A DNA stretch of 62,897 nucleotides, counting the filler. It is 3 parts of 3 records of this genome, joined end to end, with 100 filler letters (N's around TTAATTAATTAA, not from the genome) between each part and the next. Parts side by side here need not be neighbours in the genome. Positions count along the whole stretch, not along the records: positions 1 to 12,746 come from SRR20825019_1857; 2 more parts are not named here. One strand, given 5' to 3'. Positions within the stretch are counted from its first letter, which is position 1. Every line of letters begins with the position of its first letter. Of this stretch, positions 1 through 9,929 are shown piece by piece. The translations under genes were made by a program, and so were the position numbers. Under the pieces are notes generated by a model, which saw only the letters and a program-made list of their open reading frames with translations, was not told where the DNA came from and ran no database searches.

Positions 1-412
1 CACCGAGACGCTGGGCGCGCATCCGCACCTGATCCAGTGCTTCTTCACCGGAGACATAGGCGCAGCGGGAGTTTTCGGAGAGTTTGGCCGTCACCTGGAG
101 CAGCAGGGTGGATTTACCGATGCCGGGATCGCCGCCGATCAGCACGACGGAGCCTGGAACCAGACCGCCACCGGCGACCCGGTCGAACTCGGCGATATTC
201 GTGACCCGGCGTGGCGATTTCTTCGAGCTTCCGGAGAGGCTGACGAAGTCGATCTTCCGGCCCTTCGCCCCGCCGAGACCCTTCGGTGCGGCTTTCTCGA
301 CGACTTCTTCGATCAGGCTGTTCCAGGCGCCGCAGGCGTCGCACTTGCCGGACCATTTCGGCTGCACGCCGCCGCATTCCTGGCAGACGTAGCGGGCTTG
401 GGTTTTTGCCAT
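1..412 (-). CDS. radA: DNA repair protein RadA/Sms, N-terminal part (runs off the window)
   Basis: Not in the ORF track. The reverse strand from ATG at 412 reads MAKTQARYVCQECGGVQPKWSGKCDACGAWNSLIEEV (C4 zinc finger), then EFDRVAGGGLVPGSVVLIGGDPGIGKSTLLLQ (Walker A). Position downstream of alr-mlaE-mlaF fits alphaproteobacterial order. Confidence 0.95.
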   Translation of the reverse strand, partial: MAKTQARYVCQECGGVQPKWSGKCDACGAWNSLIEEVVEKAAPKGLGGAKGRKIDFVSLSGSSKKSPRRVTNIAEFDRVAGGGLVPGSVVLIGGDPGIGKSTLLLQVTAKLSENSRCAYVSGEEALDQVRMRAQRLG

Positions 413-426
413 CGCGTGTGCTCCGC

Positions 427-1215
427 TCAGGCTTTGCGTGCCACGAGTTCAATCGGACCGTCTTCGAGACCGTTGATGAACTGGTGCACATAAGGATTGC
501 CGGAAGTGTCGATCCCGGAAGTAGGGCCCTGCCAGATGATCTTGCCGTCATAGAGCATGGCGATGCGGTCGCCGATCCGGCGGGCACTGTCCATGTCATG
601 GGTGATGGTGAGCGCGGTGATCTTGAACTCCTGGACGCATTTGACGATCAGCTCGTCGATGATGTCGCCCATGATCGGATCGAGGCCGGTGGTCGGCTCG
701 TCGAAGAAGACCACGTCCGGCCGGGTGGCGATGGTGCGGGCAAGGGAGGCGCGCTTGCGCATGCCGACGGAGATCTCGCCCGGATACATCGCCGCGACAC
801 CCTTCTCCAGCCCGACCTGGGCCATGAAGTCGAAGGCGATCTCATGTGCCTGCTTGCGGGGCATGCCCTGTGCTTCAACCAGCCCGAACGCGACATTCTC
901 GAGCACGGTCAGCGAGTCGAAGAGGGCTCCGGCCTGAAACAGCAGCCCGAAGCGGTTCATGATGCCGTGCCGTTCGGGCGGGGACATCGACAGCACGTCG
1001 GTTCCATCGATCTCGACCGTGCCGCCATCCGCGTCCATCAGACCGGTAATGGTCTTGATCAGCACGGATTTTCCCGTACCGGATCCGCCGATCACAACCA
1101 CGGATTCCGCATCCGCGATATCAAGATCGAGGCCACGCAGCACATGGTTGGGACCAAAGGATTTACGGAGACCCCTGATACTGATCTTGGGAGATGATGC
1201 CGCGGGTTCGGCCAT
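427..1215 (-). CDS. mlaF: ABC transporter ATP-binding protein, MlaF/Mkl family
   Basis: Walker A GGSGTGKS, signature ISVGMRKR, Walker B FFDEPTTGLDP, ITHD; adjacent to an MlaE permease. Confidence 0.9.
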   Translation of the reverse strand: MAEPAASSPKISIRGLRKSFGPNHVLRGLDLDIADAESVVVIGGSGTGKSVLIKTITGLMDADGGTVEIDGTDVLSMSPPERHGIMNRFGLLFQAGALFDSLTVLENVAFGLVEAQGMPRKQAHEIAFDFMAQVGLEKGVAAMYPGEISVGMRKRASLARTIATRPDVVFFDEPTTGLDPIMGDIIDELIVKCVQEFKITALTITHDMDSARRIGDRIAMLYDGKIIWQGPTSGIDTSGNPYVHQFINGLEDGPIELVARKA

Positions 1216-1231
1216 TGCGATTTCCTGTCGC

Positions 1232-2005
1232 CTAGCGGGCGAAGAACAGTTCGGTGATGAGGTAGTTGGAGATCAATATCAGTATCGAGGCGGAGACGAC
1301 GGCATTGGTTGTTGCCCGGCCGACACCCTGGGCACCGCGCCCGGAGTGATAGCCGTGATAGCAGCCCATGAGCGCGATCAGGAAACCGAATACAGCGGCC
1401 TTTACCAGACCGGAGACCACATCCTGGACTTCCAGAAAGTCGAACGTGCTTTTGAGGTAACTCCCGGCATTGAAGCCGAGCTTGTGAACGCCGACGAGAT
1501 AGCCGCCGAAGACGCCGATGATGTCGCCGATCAGAACCAGAAAGGGAAGGCTGATAATGCCCGCAAGCACGCGTGGCACGACAAGGTATTTATATGGGCT
1601 GGTCGACAGGGTGGTCAGGGCGTCGACCTGCTCCGTGACCCGCATGGTGCCGATTTCCGCGGCCATTGAGGCGCCGATTCGGCCGGCGACCATGAGACCG
1701 GCAAGCACCGGGCCGAGTTCCCGGGTCATGGATAGCACGACCACGGTGGCAATCGCGCTTTCGGCATTGAACCGGGAGAAGCCGGTATAGCTCTGCAACG
1801 CCAGGACCATGCCGGAAAACAGGGTGGTCAGGCCGACCACGGGCAAAGAGTAATACCCGATATCCACCAGCTGACGGCCGAGCAGGCGCCAATAGATCGG
1901 CGGGCGCACGCAATGGCCGAGGGTGATCCCCGTGAACACGGACAGCCGCCCAGTGGCGGCGAGAAAGCCGAGAAAGGTCCGGCCTATAGCGGCAAGGAAA
2001 TTCAT
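1232..2005 (-). CDS. mlaE: ABC transporter permease, MlaE family
   Basis: Motifs RELGPVLAGLMVAGRIGASMAAEIGTMRVTEQVDAL and GAQGVGRATTNAVV. Confidence 0.93.
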   Translation of the reverse strand: MNFLAAIGRTFLGFLAATGRLSVFTGITLGHCVRPPIYWRLLGRQLVDIGYYSLPVVGLTTLFSGMVLALQSYTGFSRFNAESAIATVVVLSMTRELGPVLAGLMVAGRIGASMAAEIGTMRVTEQVDALTTLSTSPYKYLVVPRVLAGIISLPFLVLIGDIIGVFGGYLVGVHKLGFNAGSYLKSTFDFLEVQDVVSGLVKAAVFGFLIALMGCYHGYHSGRGAQGVGRATTNAVVSASILILISNYLITELFFAR

Positions 2006-2052
2006 GCGTGTGAGGTTCCTGTGCGTGAGCCGGGCATTTCGGTTGGCATCAT

Positions 2053-3189
2053 TCAGCTCTCTCCGCTCACCGCATCAATGTAGCGTCGGGTATAACGATG
2101 ACCAAGGCCTGTCAATATTTCATAGCCGATGGTCCCGGCCGCATCCGCCGCATCGTTCACCGTGTAGTGCGGCCCCAGCAGGTCGACAAACCCGCCGGGG
2201 TGAAGGTCCGCCGGGTCAGCATCGCTGACATCGACTGCGAGCATGTCCATCGAAACGCGTCCAACGACAGGCAGCCTGAGATCCCCGAGATAGGCTGCAC
2301 CCTTACTGGACAAGGCGCGCAGGTATCCGTCCGCATATCCGACAGCAACGGTGGCAATGCGTCCGTCCTTGCGGACCTTGTGCGTGCCGCCATACCCGAC
2401 CGTGTCTCCGGCTTTCACGTCACGGATCTGGAGTACACGGGCGGACAGCCGGACCACGGGGGCCATCGGGCTTGGCTCGCCATCCTTCACGCGCCCGCCA
2501 TAGAGGGCGAAGCCAGGCCGGGCGAGATTGAAATGATAGTCCGGTCCGAGAAAGATTCCGGCCGAGTTGGCGAGACTGGCCTGCATTCTTTGCTGCAGAT
2601 GAGGAAGCTCTTCCCGGAACCGTTTAAGCTGCGCGGCGTTTGACGGATCCGCCGGATCATCCGCGCTGACGAGATGAGACAGGGCATAAAGCCAGTCAGG
2701 ACCATCGAGCATATCCGGCTCTTCGGAAACCCGTCTCATATCGCCGGCAGTCAGGCCGAGCCTGCTCATGCCGGTGTCGATATGCAGCATGGCGGGGAGC
2801 GCGCGACCCGCCTTGACGCACATCTGGCGGATCCGGGAGATCTGCCCGAGATCGTTGATCACCGGGATCAGGCCGTATTCCGGGAAAACCTCCTCGGTGC
2901 CCTGTAACAGACCGTTCAGAACGGCGATCCGGGCATCGGGAAGCAGTCCCTTCAGGGCGATGCCTTCATCGACCGTGGCAACGAAAAATGTCCGGCACCC
3001 GGCTTCGAACAGGGCCGGTCCAACCCGGTCCATGCCGGTTCCATAAGCATCCGCCTTCACGGCCGCACCGCATTCGACGCCGCCGAGCCGCTCTTTCAGA
3101 TCGAGATAGTTCTGTTTGATCGCGCCGAGATCGATCAGGAGTTCCGACGCGGCGCCGGAACCGTTGATCGCCGGGAGGGTGTCGAGCAT
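2053..3189 (-). CDS. alr: Alanine racemase
   Basis: PLP lysine motif AVKADAYG; HIDTGMSRLG, GYADG, GRVSMD, GTIGYEIL. Its ATG overlaps the dnaB TAA by 1 nt. Confidence 0.96.
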   Translation of the reverse strand: MLDTLPAINGSGAASELLIDLGAIKQNYLDLKERLGGVECGAAVKADAYGTGMDRVGPALFEAGCRTFFVATVDEGIALKGLLPDARIAVLNGLLQGTEEVFPEYGLIPVINDLGQISRIRQMCVKAGRALPAMLHIDTGMSRLGLTAGDMRRVSEEPDMLDGPDWLYALSHLVSADDPADPSNAAQLKRFREELPHLQQRMQASLANSAGIFLGPDYHFNLARPGFALYGGRVKDGEPSPMAPVVRLSARVLQIRDVKAGDTVGYGGTHKVRKDGRIATVAVGYADGYLRALSSKGAAYLGDLRLPVVGRVSMDMLAVDVSDADPADLHPGGFVDLLGPHYTVNDAADAAGTIGYEILTGLGHRYTRRYIDAVSGES

Positions 3190-4700
3190 TAGAAATTGTC
3201 CGGGATATGATCGTCAGCGACGAAGTTGGAAAAGCGGGTCGTTGCGCCTTCGAAGTGCAGGGTCACTGTGCCTGTCGGACCGTGCCTCTGCTTGCCGATG
3301 ATGACTTCAGCCTTGCCGTAGGACGTTTCGCAGCGCTCTTTCCACTGGTCATGACGATCATGGAATTTCTCATCGGATTCCTCGATGCGCTGCGCCGGTT
3401 CGCCCTTTTCCAGATAGTACTGTTCGCGGAACACGAACATGACAACGTCCGCATCCTGCTCGATCGAGCCGGACTCACGAAGGTCGGCAAGCACCGGCCG
3501 CTTGTCTTCGCGCTGCTCGACCGCGCGGGAGAGCTGGGAGAGAGCGATGACCGGCACTTCCAGTTCCTTGGCAATCGCTTTCAGGCCCTGGGTGATCATG
3601 GAAATTTCCTGCACCCGGTTATCTGTGCGCTGGCCGACGGAGGGACGCATCAGCTGCAGGTAATCGACCACGATGAGGGACAGTCCCTGCTGCCGCTTCA
3701 GCCGCCGTGCCCTGGCCCGCATGGTGGCAATGCTGATCGCCGGCGTGTCGTCGATATAGAGCGGCGCGCGCTCCAGATGCTGACTGGCCGCAACCAGCTT
3801 CTGGAAATCCTCGGTGGTCAGCTCGCCGCGCCGGATATGCTCCGAGGAAATCTCGGTCTGCTCGGCAAGAATACGGGTGGCGAGCTGTTCGGCCGACATT
3901 TCCAGCGAGAAGAAGGCAACAACCTGCCGTTCCAGCTCCGGATCCTTCAGCGATGCGGTCGCCACATGGAATGCGATGTTCGTCGCCAGCGCCGTTTTAC
4001 CCATGGCGGGCCGTCCGGCGAGGATCAGAAGATCCGACGGGTGCAAACCGCCGAGCTTGGCATCGAGATCGGTGAGGCCGGAAGATACACCGGCGAGGCC
4101 GCCATCGCGCTTGAAGGCCTCTTCGGCCATCCGGACCGAGTTGGTCAGAGCTTCTCCGAAATCCTGGAAGCCGCCCTGACTGGAGCCACGTTCGGCGAGG
4201 CCGAACAATTTCGATTCCGCTACTTCGATCTGCTCCGTTGCCGGCAGGTCGAGATCGTGCTGATAGGCCTCGTTGACGATTTCGCCACCGATGTCGATCA
4301 ATTCGCGCCGCAGGTAAGTGTCATAGATCGCCTGCCCGTAATCATCGGCATTGATGACCGTGACGACGGAGGCGGCAAGACGGACGAGATACTGGGCGCC
4401 ACCGGCTTCCTGCAGGGACTCGTCCTGATCGAAGAGAGCTTTCAGGGTGACCGGGTTGGCGATCTGGCCTTTTTCGATCAGCCGTCCGCAGGCAGCGAAG
4501 ATCCGGCCATGCACCGCATCGGCGAAATGTTCGGCGGCAAGATATTCACTGACCCGCTCAAACGCGCGGTTGTTTACAAGGACAGCTCCGAGCAGACCTT
4601 GCTCCGCCTCCATATTGTGGGGCGGCTCGCGGTATGCGCTGGTTTGCGGTTCAGCGAGCGGGAGTGATGCAACGGTGGAAACTGGCTCTGAATTTGACAT
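3189..4700 (-). CDS. dnaB: Replicative DNA helicase
   Basis: PPHNMEAEQ N-terminus, AGRPAMGKT, FSLEMS, VDYLQL, SQLSRAVE, DLRESGSIEQDAD, KQRHGPTG. Confidence 0.98.
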   Translation of the reverse strand: MSNSEPVSTVASLPLAEPQTSAYREPPHNMEAEQGLLGAVLVNNRAFERVSEYLAAEHFADAVHGRIFAACGRLIEKGQIANPVTLKALFDQDESLQEAGGAQYLVRLAASVVTVINADDYGQAIYDTYLRRELIDIGGEIVNEAYQHDLDLPATEQIEVAESKLFGLAERGSSQGGFQDFGEALTNSVRMAEEAFKRDGGLAGVSSGLTDLDAKLGGLHPSDLLILAGRPAMGKTALATNIAFHVATASLKDPELERQVVAFFSLEMSAEQLATRILAEQTEISSEHIRRGELTTEDFQKLVAASQHLERAPLYIDDTPAISIATMRARARRLKRQQGLSLIVVDYLQLMRPSVGQRTDNRVQEISMITQGLKAIAKELEVPVIALSQLSRAVEQREDKRPVLADLRESGSIEQDADVVMFVFREQYYLEKGEPAQRIEESDEKFHDRHDQWKERCETSYGKAEVIIGKQRHGPTGTVTLHFEGATTRFSNFVADDHIPDNF

Positions 4701-4743
4701 TGCCTACACATACCAAGAAGGGCTGTGGACGTCTTCTGCAATC

Positions 4744-4788
4744 TTATCCACAAGCCGTGATATATCAAAGACTTATACTTGTGGATAA
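4744..4788. promoter_or_regulatory. Two perfect DnaA boxes in inverted orientation upstream of dnaB
   Basis: TTATCCACA at 4744-4752 and TGTGGATAA at 4780-4788, about 45-90 nt upstream of the dnaB start; further GGATAA half-matches at ~4793-4807. Confidence 0.75.
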
Positions 4789-4847
4789 AGCAGGATAACG
4801 GGGATAAGTGTAACCGGAGCCGTACATTTCAACGGCTTCGGGGTGTG

Positions 4848-4884
4848 AAAAAGAAAACGGCCACCCGATGGGGCGGCCGTTTCC
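4848..4884 (-). terminator. Intrinsic terminator after rplI
   Basis: Minus strand reads GGAAACGGCCGCCC-CATC-GGGTGGCCGTTTTCTTTTT: a GC hairpin followed by a U-tract. Confidence 0.8.
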
Positions 4885-4915
4885 GGACACGGTATCTGGA
4901 GAAGAATCGCGAGGC

Positions 4916-5509
4916 TCAGGCCTCTTCGGTTTTTTCTTCTTCAGCAGCCTCTTCAGCGACTTCTTCGGTCGCAGCGGGAGCGGCTTCGACTTCATCTTCG
5001 TCGTCGAAATCGTTCTCTTCGCTGCCGACGGCGCGGCCGAGAAGTTTCTGCTGTTCCGCTTCATCCGTGCTGCGGGCGATGTTCACGGTGATGTTCACCG
5101 TGACTTCCGGATGCAGCACGACGCGGATTTCCTCGAGGCCGAGGACTTTCAGCGCACGGTCAAGAACGACCTGACGCTTGCTGATGGTGACGCCTTCGGC
5201 AGTTGTCGCTTCGGCAATGTCACGGGACGTGACCGAGCCGTAAAGCTGACCGCTGTCGCCGGCGGCCCGGATAATCGGAACCACCAGACCGTCGAGCTTC
5301 TTGGCAACCTGTTCGGCTTCTGCCTTACGGTCGAGGTTTTCCGCTTCGAGCTGGGCGCGCTGGCCTTCGAAGTGGGTCAGGTTGTTCTTGTTCGCACGCA
5401 GGGCTTTACCCTGGGGCAGCAGAAAGTTGCGGGCAAAACCCGGCTTTACAGTAACGACGTCGCCCATCTGGCCGAGACGTTCGATACGCTCCAGAAGAAT
5501 GACTTCCAT
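4916..5509 (-). CDS. rplI: 50S ribosomal protein L9
   Basis: [43 protein letters not shown]; acidic C-terminal tail. Confidence 0.98.
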   Translation of the reverse strand: MEVILLERIERLGQMGDVVTVKPGFARNFLLPQGKALRANKNNLTHFEGQRAQLEAENLDRKAEAEQVAKKLDGLVVPIIRAAGDSGQLYGSVTSRDIAEATTAEGVTISKRQVVLDRALKVLGLEEIRVVLHPEVTVNITVNIARSTDEAEQQKLLGRAVGSEENDFDDEDEVEAAPAATEEVAEEAAEEEKTEEA

Positions 5510-5582
5510 TTCTCTTACTCCTTAAAGGCCGAAGCCGTTGCCGCGTTGCCGCGGTGCAGGCCGGTTCCGGCCAGGGTCACGT

Positions 5583-6557
5583 TCAATTCGAATTCCGTGC
5601 GATCCGGCCCTTCAGGTCCGCCCAGTGATCGACCAGCCCTGCGAAAACCAGCAGGATCCAGACGAATTGCAGGACAGGCAGCACAAAGGACAGGATCATC
5701 AGCGTATAAGTCACGTGCAGAAGCCAACGCTTGCCATTCAGGGGCGCGGCAAGGGCGTGTATCAGCCCCAGCCCCGAAAGGAAGAATGGCAGACACAGGA
5801 TTGGCACCGCGTTCCATCCGAGATAACCGAGCGTCCCGTCCGTGACCGCTGCCAGCAAGGCGGCAATCGCGAGCGGAAAGGGCGCCCAGTTCGGCAGACG
5901 GATATCCCGCATGTCGGGCGAAGGCCTGAGGTTGGCATTGAAACGTGCAAGCACGCCCTGAGCCAACAGACCATTGACGAGGATCATCGCCGCCCATTGT
6001 AACCCGGCAACACCGGGAAACACGGCGATGGTCAGTTCCCGGGCAGCGGCAAGCTGTTCCGGAGGCAGGGCCAGTGTCCCTTCGAAGGCCGTTCCCATGG
6101 CTGAGAAAAGGGCCTCGACTTCCATCCTGACGATGGCCTCGAGACCTTCCCCCTGTAGGCTCGCGACCACGATAGCTGTCAGCAATCCCGCAGCGGGGAG
6201 AGCCGTCAGCCACATGGCCAGCATGCCGGGAGGAAACCATTCGAGGTCCGCATTCTCCTGATTCTCGTCCAGAGGACGTGCCAGCAATGCCTGCCGTGCA
6301 AGCAGGACCGCGGGCAATCCGCAGAAAATCAGAAAAAACAGCGCGGCCAGGCCGTTGGCAGCGAACAGCACAATGGCGCTCCCTGCCAGCGACGCTGCCA
6401 TCCCCGCACCCCACCCGCGCCCGAGGGCGATGGCGAACAGCGGGAGAGGAGACAGGAACGCAAGCAGAATCGCCCCAAACGATCCGAGGATCGTGGAGAG
6501 ATACATGAGCGCGCTTGCGATTGCCGCCGCTCCGATGGGTAACCACCTGGACCACAT
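5583..6557 (-). CDS. DUF2232/YybS-family integral membrane protein
   Basis: Multi-TM protein with LSPLPL and LEWFPPG motifs, in the rpsR-rplI interval where this family commonly sits. Confidence 0.75.
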   Translation of the reverse strand: MWSRWLPIGAAAIASALMYLSTILGSFGAILLAFLSPLPLFAIALGRGWGAGMAASLAGSAIVLFAANGLAALFFLIFCGLPAVLLARQALLARPLDENQENADLEWFPPGMLAMWLTALPAAGLLTAIVVASLQGEGLEAIVRMEVEALFSAMGTAFEGTLALPPEQLAAARELTIAVFPGVAGLQWAAMILVNGLLAQGVLARFNANLRPSPDMRDIRLPNWAPFPLAIAALLAAVTDGTLGYLGWNAVPILCLPFFLSGLGLIHALAAPLNGKRWLLHVTYTLMILSFVLPVLQFVWILLVFAGLVDHWADLKGRIARNSN

Positions 6558-6618
6558 CTTGCCTCGTCAAGCCCGCAAAGCGGGCGTCGGCGTTAATCCC
6601 GTTAGCTGAGCACGCTCT

Positions 6619-6873
6619 TTAGCTGAGCACGTACGGCAGCAGGGCCATGAAGCGGGCGCGCTTGATGGCTCTCGCCAGCTCACGCTGCTTCTTGGCTGAA
6701 ACAGCCGTGATGCGGCTCGGAACGATCTTGCCGCGTTCGGACAGGAAGCGCTGCAGCAGCTTGATGTCCTTGTAGTCGATCTTCGGAGCGCTGGAGCTGG
6801 CGAAGGGGCAGGACTTGCGGCGGCGCATGAACGGCTTGCGGACAGCGGCGCGGGAAATTGTAAGAGTGCTCAT
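6619..6873 (-). CDS. rpsR: 30S ribosomal protein S18
   Basis: [46 protein letters not shown]. Confidence 0.98.
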   Translation of the reverse strand: MSTLTISRAAVRKPFMRRRKSCPFASSSAPKIDYKDIKLLQRFLSERGKIVPSRITAVSAKKQRELARAIKRARFMALLPYVLS

Positions 6874-6876
6874 GGA

Positions 6877-7353
6877 TCAGTCTCCCTGGGCTTCGCTTGA
6901 GGCCTGTTCGCGATCACCGCGTTCCGGGCGATCACCACGTTCCGGACGATCACCGCCTGGACGGTCACCACGGTCGAAACGACCGCCGCCGCCCGGACGA
7001 CCACCACGGCCACCGCGGTCGGTGCGTTCGGTCTTGGCGAGAACGATTGCGGAAGGACCTTCCGGAATTTCTTCCAGGCGCAGGGTGATGTAGCGCAGCA
7101 CGTCTTCATTGAGACGCATCAGGCGTTCCATCTCCGTGATGGCTTCGGCCGGGGCTTCCATGTGCAGCAGCACATAATGGCCCTTGCGGTTCTTCTTGAT
7201 CTTGTAGGAGAGGGAGCGCAGACCCCAGAATTCAGTATTCTTGATCTCGCCACCCATGTTGGTGATGATTTCGGAGAATTCGGTTGTAAGCTGCTCGGCT
7301 TGGGCGGACGAGATGTCCTGGCGTGCGATAAACACGCTCTCATAGAGAGGCAT
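6877..7353 (-). CDS. rpsF: 30S ribosomal protein S6
   Basis: MPLYESVFIARQD, WGLRSLSYKIKKNRKGHY, EDVLRY; RGDRP-repeat C-terminal tail. Confidence 0.98.
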   Translation of the reverse strand: MPLYESVFIARQDISSAQAEQLTTEFSEIITNMGGEIKNTEFWGLRSLSYKIKKNRKGHYVLLHMEAPAEAITEMERLMRLNEDVLRYITLRLEEIPEGPSAIVLAKTERTDRGGRGGRPGGGGRFDRGDRPGGDRPERGDRPERGDREQASSEAQGD

Positions 7354-7358
7354 TGGTG

Positions 7359-7425
7359 CTCCTTACGGATAATCAGAACGTTCCTCGTGGAACGCTGCTA
7401 AGCCGGCTGCAAACCGGCAAGGAGT
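7359..7425 (-). promoter_or_regulatory. S6:S18 ribosomal leader (autoregulatory RNA) in the rpsF 5' UTR
   Basis: mRNA sense reads ACUCCUU-GCCGG/CCGGC hairpin-CGUUCC/GGAACG hairpin-CCG-U-AAGGAG. The anti-SD CUCCUU pairs with the SD AAGGAG and a CCG sits just before it, matching the known S6:S18 leader layout. Confidence 0.7.
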
Positions 7426-7474
7426 TATGTAAAAACCCGCCCCGGCACGAGGTGCCTTAGCGCGGGACCGGCGG

Positions 7475-7502
7475 AATATACACAAAACCGGCTGGCGTGC
7501 AA
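7475..7502 (-). promoter_or_regulatory. Putative sigma70 promoter of the rpsF operon
   Basis: Minus strand TTGCAC-N16-TATATT upstream of the leader. A divergent TTGACA (7521-7526) may serve fabD. Confidence 0.45.
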
Positions 7503-7637
7503 CAGCGCTGTCGGTTCCGCTTGACAGGGCTTTTGCGGGTCGTTCTCTTTGGCGCCGCTAAAAAGCCGGTGCCTGCAGGCACTTCTCTTCACCGTATTGC
7601 CGATGAAGAGGCTTTGGAAACGCCGTGAAAGACAAGG

Positions 7638-8597
7638 ATGTCACAGATGACGACGGTTCGCGCATTTACATTTCCGGGACAGGGTTCCCAGATCGTCGGA
7701 ATGGGCAAGGCGCTTGCCGATGCCTATGGCGAGGCGCGCGCGGTTTTCGAACAGGTTGACGAGGCTCTGGGCGAGTCCCTGTCCCGGCTCATGTTTGAAG
7801 GGCCGGAAGAGGAGCTCCTCCTGACTCGCAATGCACAGCCCGCCCTGATGGCGGTCAGCCTTGCGGTCGTCCGCGTTCTGGAAGCCGAGAGCGGTAAGAC
7901 GATCAAGGATATGGCCAGTTATGTGGCCGGCCACTCGCTTGGCGAATATTCGGCTCTCGCGGCCGCGAACTCGCTTGATATCGCGGACGCGGCCAAGTTG
8001 CTGCGGTTGCGCGGTGAAGCCATGCAGTCAGCGGTTCCGGTCGGAGAGGGCGCCATGGCGGCGCTGCTCGGTGTCTCGCTTGAGGTGGCGCGCGAGATCG
8101 CGGAAGCCGGCCGTGCAGGCGGCGGTGTCTGCGATGTGGCCAACGACAATGCCGACGGGCAGGTCGTGATCAGCGGGGCCAAGGAAGCCGTCGAACGTGC
8201 GGTTGCGGCGGCGGCCGACAAGGGCGCACGAAAGAGTGTCCTGCTGCCTGTCAGCGCACCGTTCCATTGCGGTCTGATGGCGCCGGCGGCGGACGCGATG
8301 GCGGAAGCGCTCGCGATTACGGACTTGCGCCAGCCGCTGGTGCCGCTGGTGGCAAACGTGCTGGCGGACAAGCTGGAGGATCCGAGCGAGATCCGCATCC
8401 GGCTCGTGGAGCAGGTGACCGGTATGGTGCGCTGGCGCGAGTCGGTGCTGTGGATGGCGTCTCAGGGTGTCACCGATATCGTCGAGATCGGCGCCGGCAA
8501 GGTGCTGACCGGCATGGCCAAGCGGATCGACCGTTCTCTCAAGGGCAGTGCCGTCGGCACGCCGGAAGAGATCGCGGCTTTTCTCGAAACCCTTTAA
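7638..8597 (+). CDS. fabD: Malonyl-CoA:ACP transacylase
   Basis: FPGQGSQ, AQPAL, GHSLGEY, LPVSAPFH, EIGAGKVL. Confidence 0.97.
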   Translation: MSQMTTVRAFTFPGQGSQIVGMGKALADAYGEARAVFEQVDEALGESLSRLMFEGPEEELLLTRNAQPALMAVSLAVVRVLEAESGKTIKDMASYVAGHSLGEYSALAAANSLDIADAAKLLRLRGEAMQSAVPVGEGAMAALLGVSLEVAREIAEAGRAGGGVCDVANDNADGQVVISGAKEAVERAVAAAADKGARKSVLLPVSAPFHCGLMAPAADAMAEALAITDLRQPLVPLVANVLADKLEDPSEIRIRLVEQVTGMVRWRESVLWMASQGVTDIVEIGAGKVLTGMAKRIDRSLKGSAVGTPEEIAAFLETL

Positions 8598-8635
8598 GGT
8601 CCAATCGGCCCGTGCGCGGGTGAGGGAGAATTCAA

Positions 8636-9376
8636 ATGTTTCGTCTTGATGGAAAATCGGCCCTGGTGACCGGCGCAAGCGGGGGCATTGGCAGTGCTAT
8701 TGCCAAGGCTCTTCATGCGCAGGGAGCTGAAGTCATCCTGTCCGGCACCCGCGAGGAAGCGCTGCAGGCGCTGGCAGCGGAGCTGGGCGAGCGGGCGCAT
8801 GTCGTCACGGCCAATCTCGGCGATGCCGAGTCGGTCGCTGCGCTTGCCAAGAGTGCGGAAGAAACCGCTGACGGCGGTATCGATATTCTGATCAACAATG
8901 CGGGTGTGACCCGTGACGGTCTGATGATGCGGATGAAGGACGAGGACTGGGAGGCGGTGATGAACGTCAACCTGACCTCCGGCTTCCGACTGTCGCGCGC
9001 GCTGATGCGGGGCATGATGAAGCGGCGCTGGGGCCGTGTCATCGGGGTCTCCTCCATTGTCGGCGCGACCGGTAACCCGGGGCAGGCGAACTACGCGGCC
9101 TCCAAGGCCGGCATGGTCGGTTTCACCAAGTCGCTCGCCCAGGAAGTCGCAAATCGGGGCATTACCGCGAATGTGGTGGCGCCTGGCTTTATCAAGACGG
9201 CGATGACCGACGCACTTGATGAGGCGCAGCACGAGAAGCTGCTGACCGCTGTTCCCGCGGGACGGCTTGGCACACCGGAAGATATTGCGGCTTCGGTGGT
9301 TTATCTCGCCTCCGAGGAGGCGTCTTATGTGACCGGCGCGACCATTCATGTGAATGGTGGCATGGCAATGCTATAG
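8636..9376 (+). CDS. fabG: 3-oxoacyl-ACP reductase
   Basis: TGASGGIG, NNAGVTRD, GNPGQANYAASK, VNGGM. Confidence 0.97.
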   Translation: MFRLDGKSALVTGASGGIGSAIAKALHAQGAEVILSGTREEALQALAAELGERAHVVTANLGDAESVAALAKSAEETADGGIDILINNAGVTRDGLMMRMKDEDWEAVMNVNLTSGFRLSRALMRGMMKRRWGRVIGVSSIVGATGNPGQANYAASKAGMVGFTKSLAQEVANRGITANVVAPGFIKTAMTDALDEAQHEKLLTAVPAGRLGTPEDIAASVVYLASEEASYVTGATIHVNGGMAML

Positions 9377-9621
9377 GTCTTCCAGCCCGGCGCGGAGAGG
9401 GCGATTCGCTTGTTCCGCGCGGGGTTCATGAGGCGGCGCTTGGTGTTTCTGATGCTAGGCAAGTAAAAAAAAGTATGGTATCCCGCCGCCGCTTACAGGC
9501 TTGCTGCCTAACTGTTTCGGACTCCATGATGAAACCCGGGTTTCTTGGAGTATATTAGAGGTCGGTGAACGCAGGCGTTTCGCTGACAAACCGTTGAGCT
9601 TAAGATTCGAGGAAAACAAAA

Positions 9622-9858
9622 ATGAGTGACGTCGCCGCTAGCGTGAAGAAGATCGTGGTCGAACATCTCGGCGTTGATGAGGCCAAAGTGGTCGATTCCG
9701 CGAGCTTCATCGACGACCTCGGGGCCGACAGCCTCGACACGGTTGAACTTGTCATGGCGTTCGAAGAAGAATTTGGCGTCGAAATTCCGGATGATGCCGC
9801 CGAGAAAATCCTGACCGTGAAGGACGCTATTTCCTTCATCGAAGCATCCTCCAAGTAA
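9622..9858 (+). CDS. acpP: Acyl carrier protein
   Basis: [20 protein letters not shown]. Confidence 0.98.
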   Translation: MSDVAASVKKIVVEHLGVDEAKVVDSASFIDDLGADSLDTVELVMAFEEEFGVEIPDDAAEKILTVKDAISFIEASSK

Positions 9859-9874
9859 TTGGCTGACGACTGCC

Positions 9875-9899
9875 CTCGGGCGGAGTTCTCCGCCCGGGG
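9875..9899 (+). other. Hairpin between acpP and fabF (possible attenuating terminator or stabiliser)
   Basis: CTCGGGCGGAG-TT-CTCCGCCCGGGG followed by TTACGTTT. Confidence 0.5.
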
Positions 9900-9929
9900 T
9901 TACGTTTGTAATCTGGAAAAGTGCAAGGC

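Noticed and set aside
6905-7030. Repeats in the rpsF 3' end
   Set aside because: They encode an RGDRP(E/G) low-complexity tail of a kind common in alphaproteobacterial S6; not a mobile element or CRISPR.
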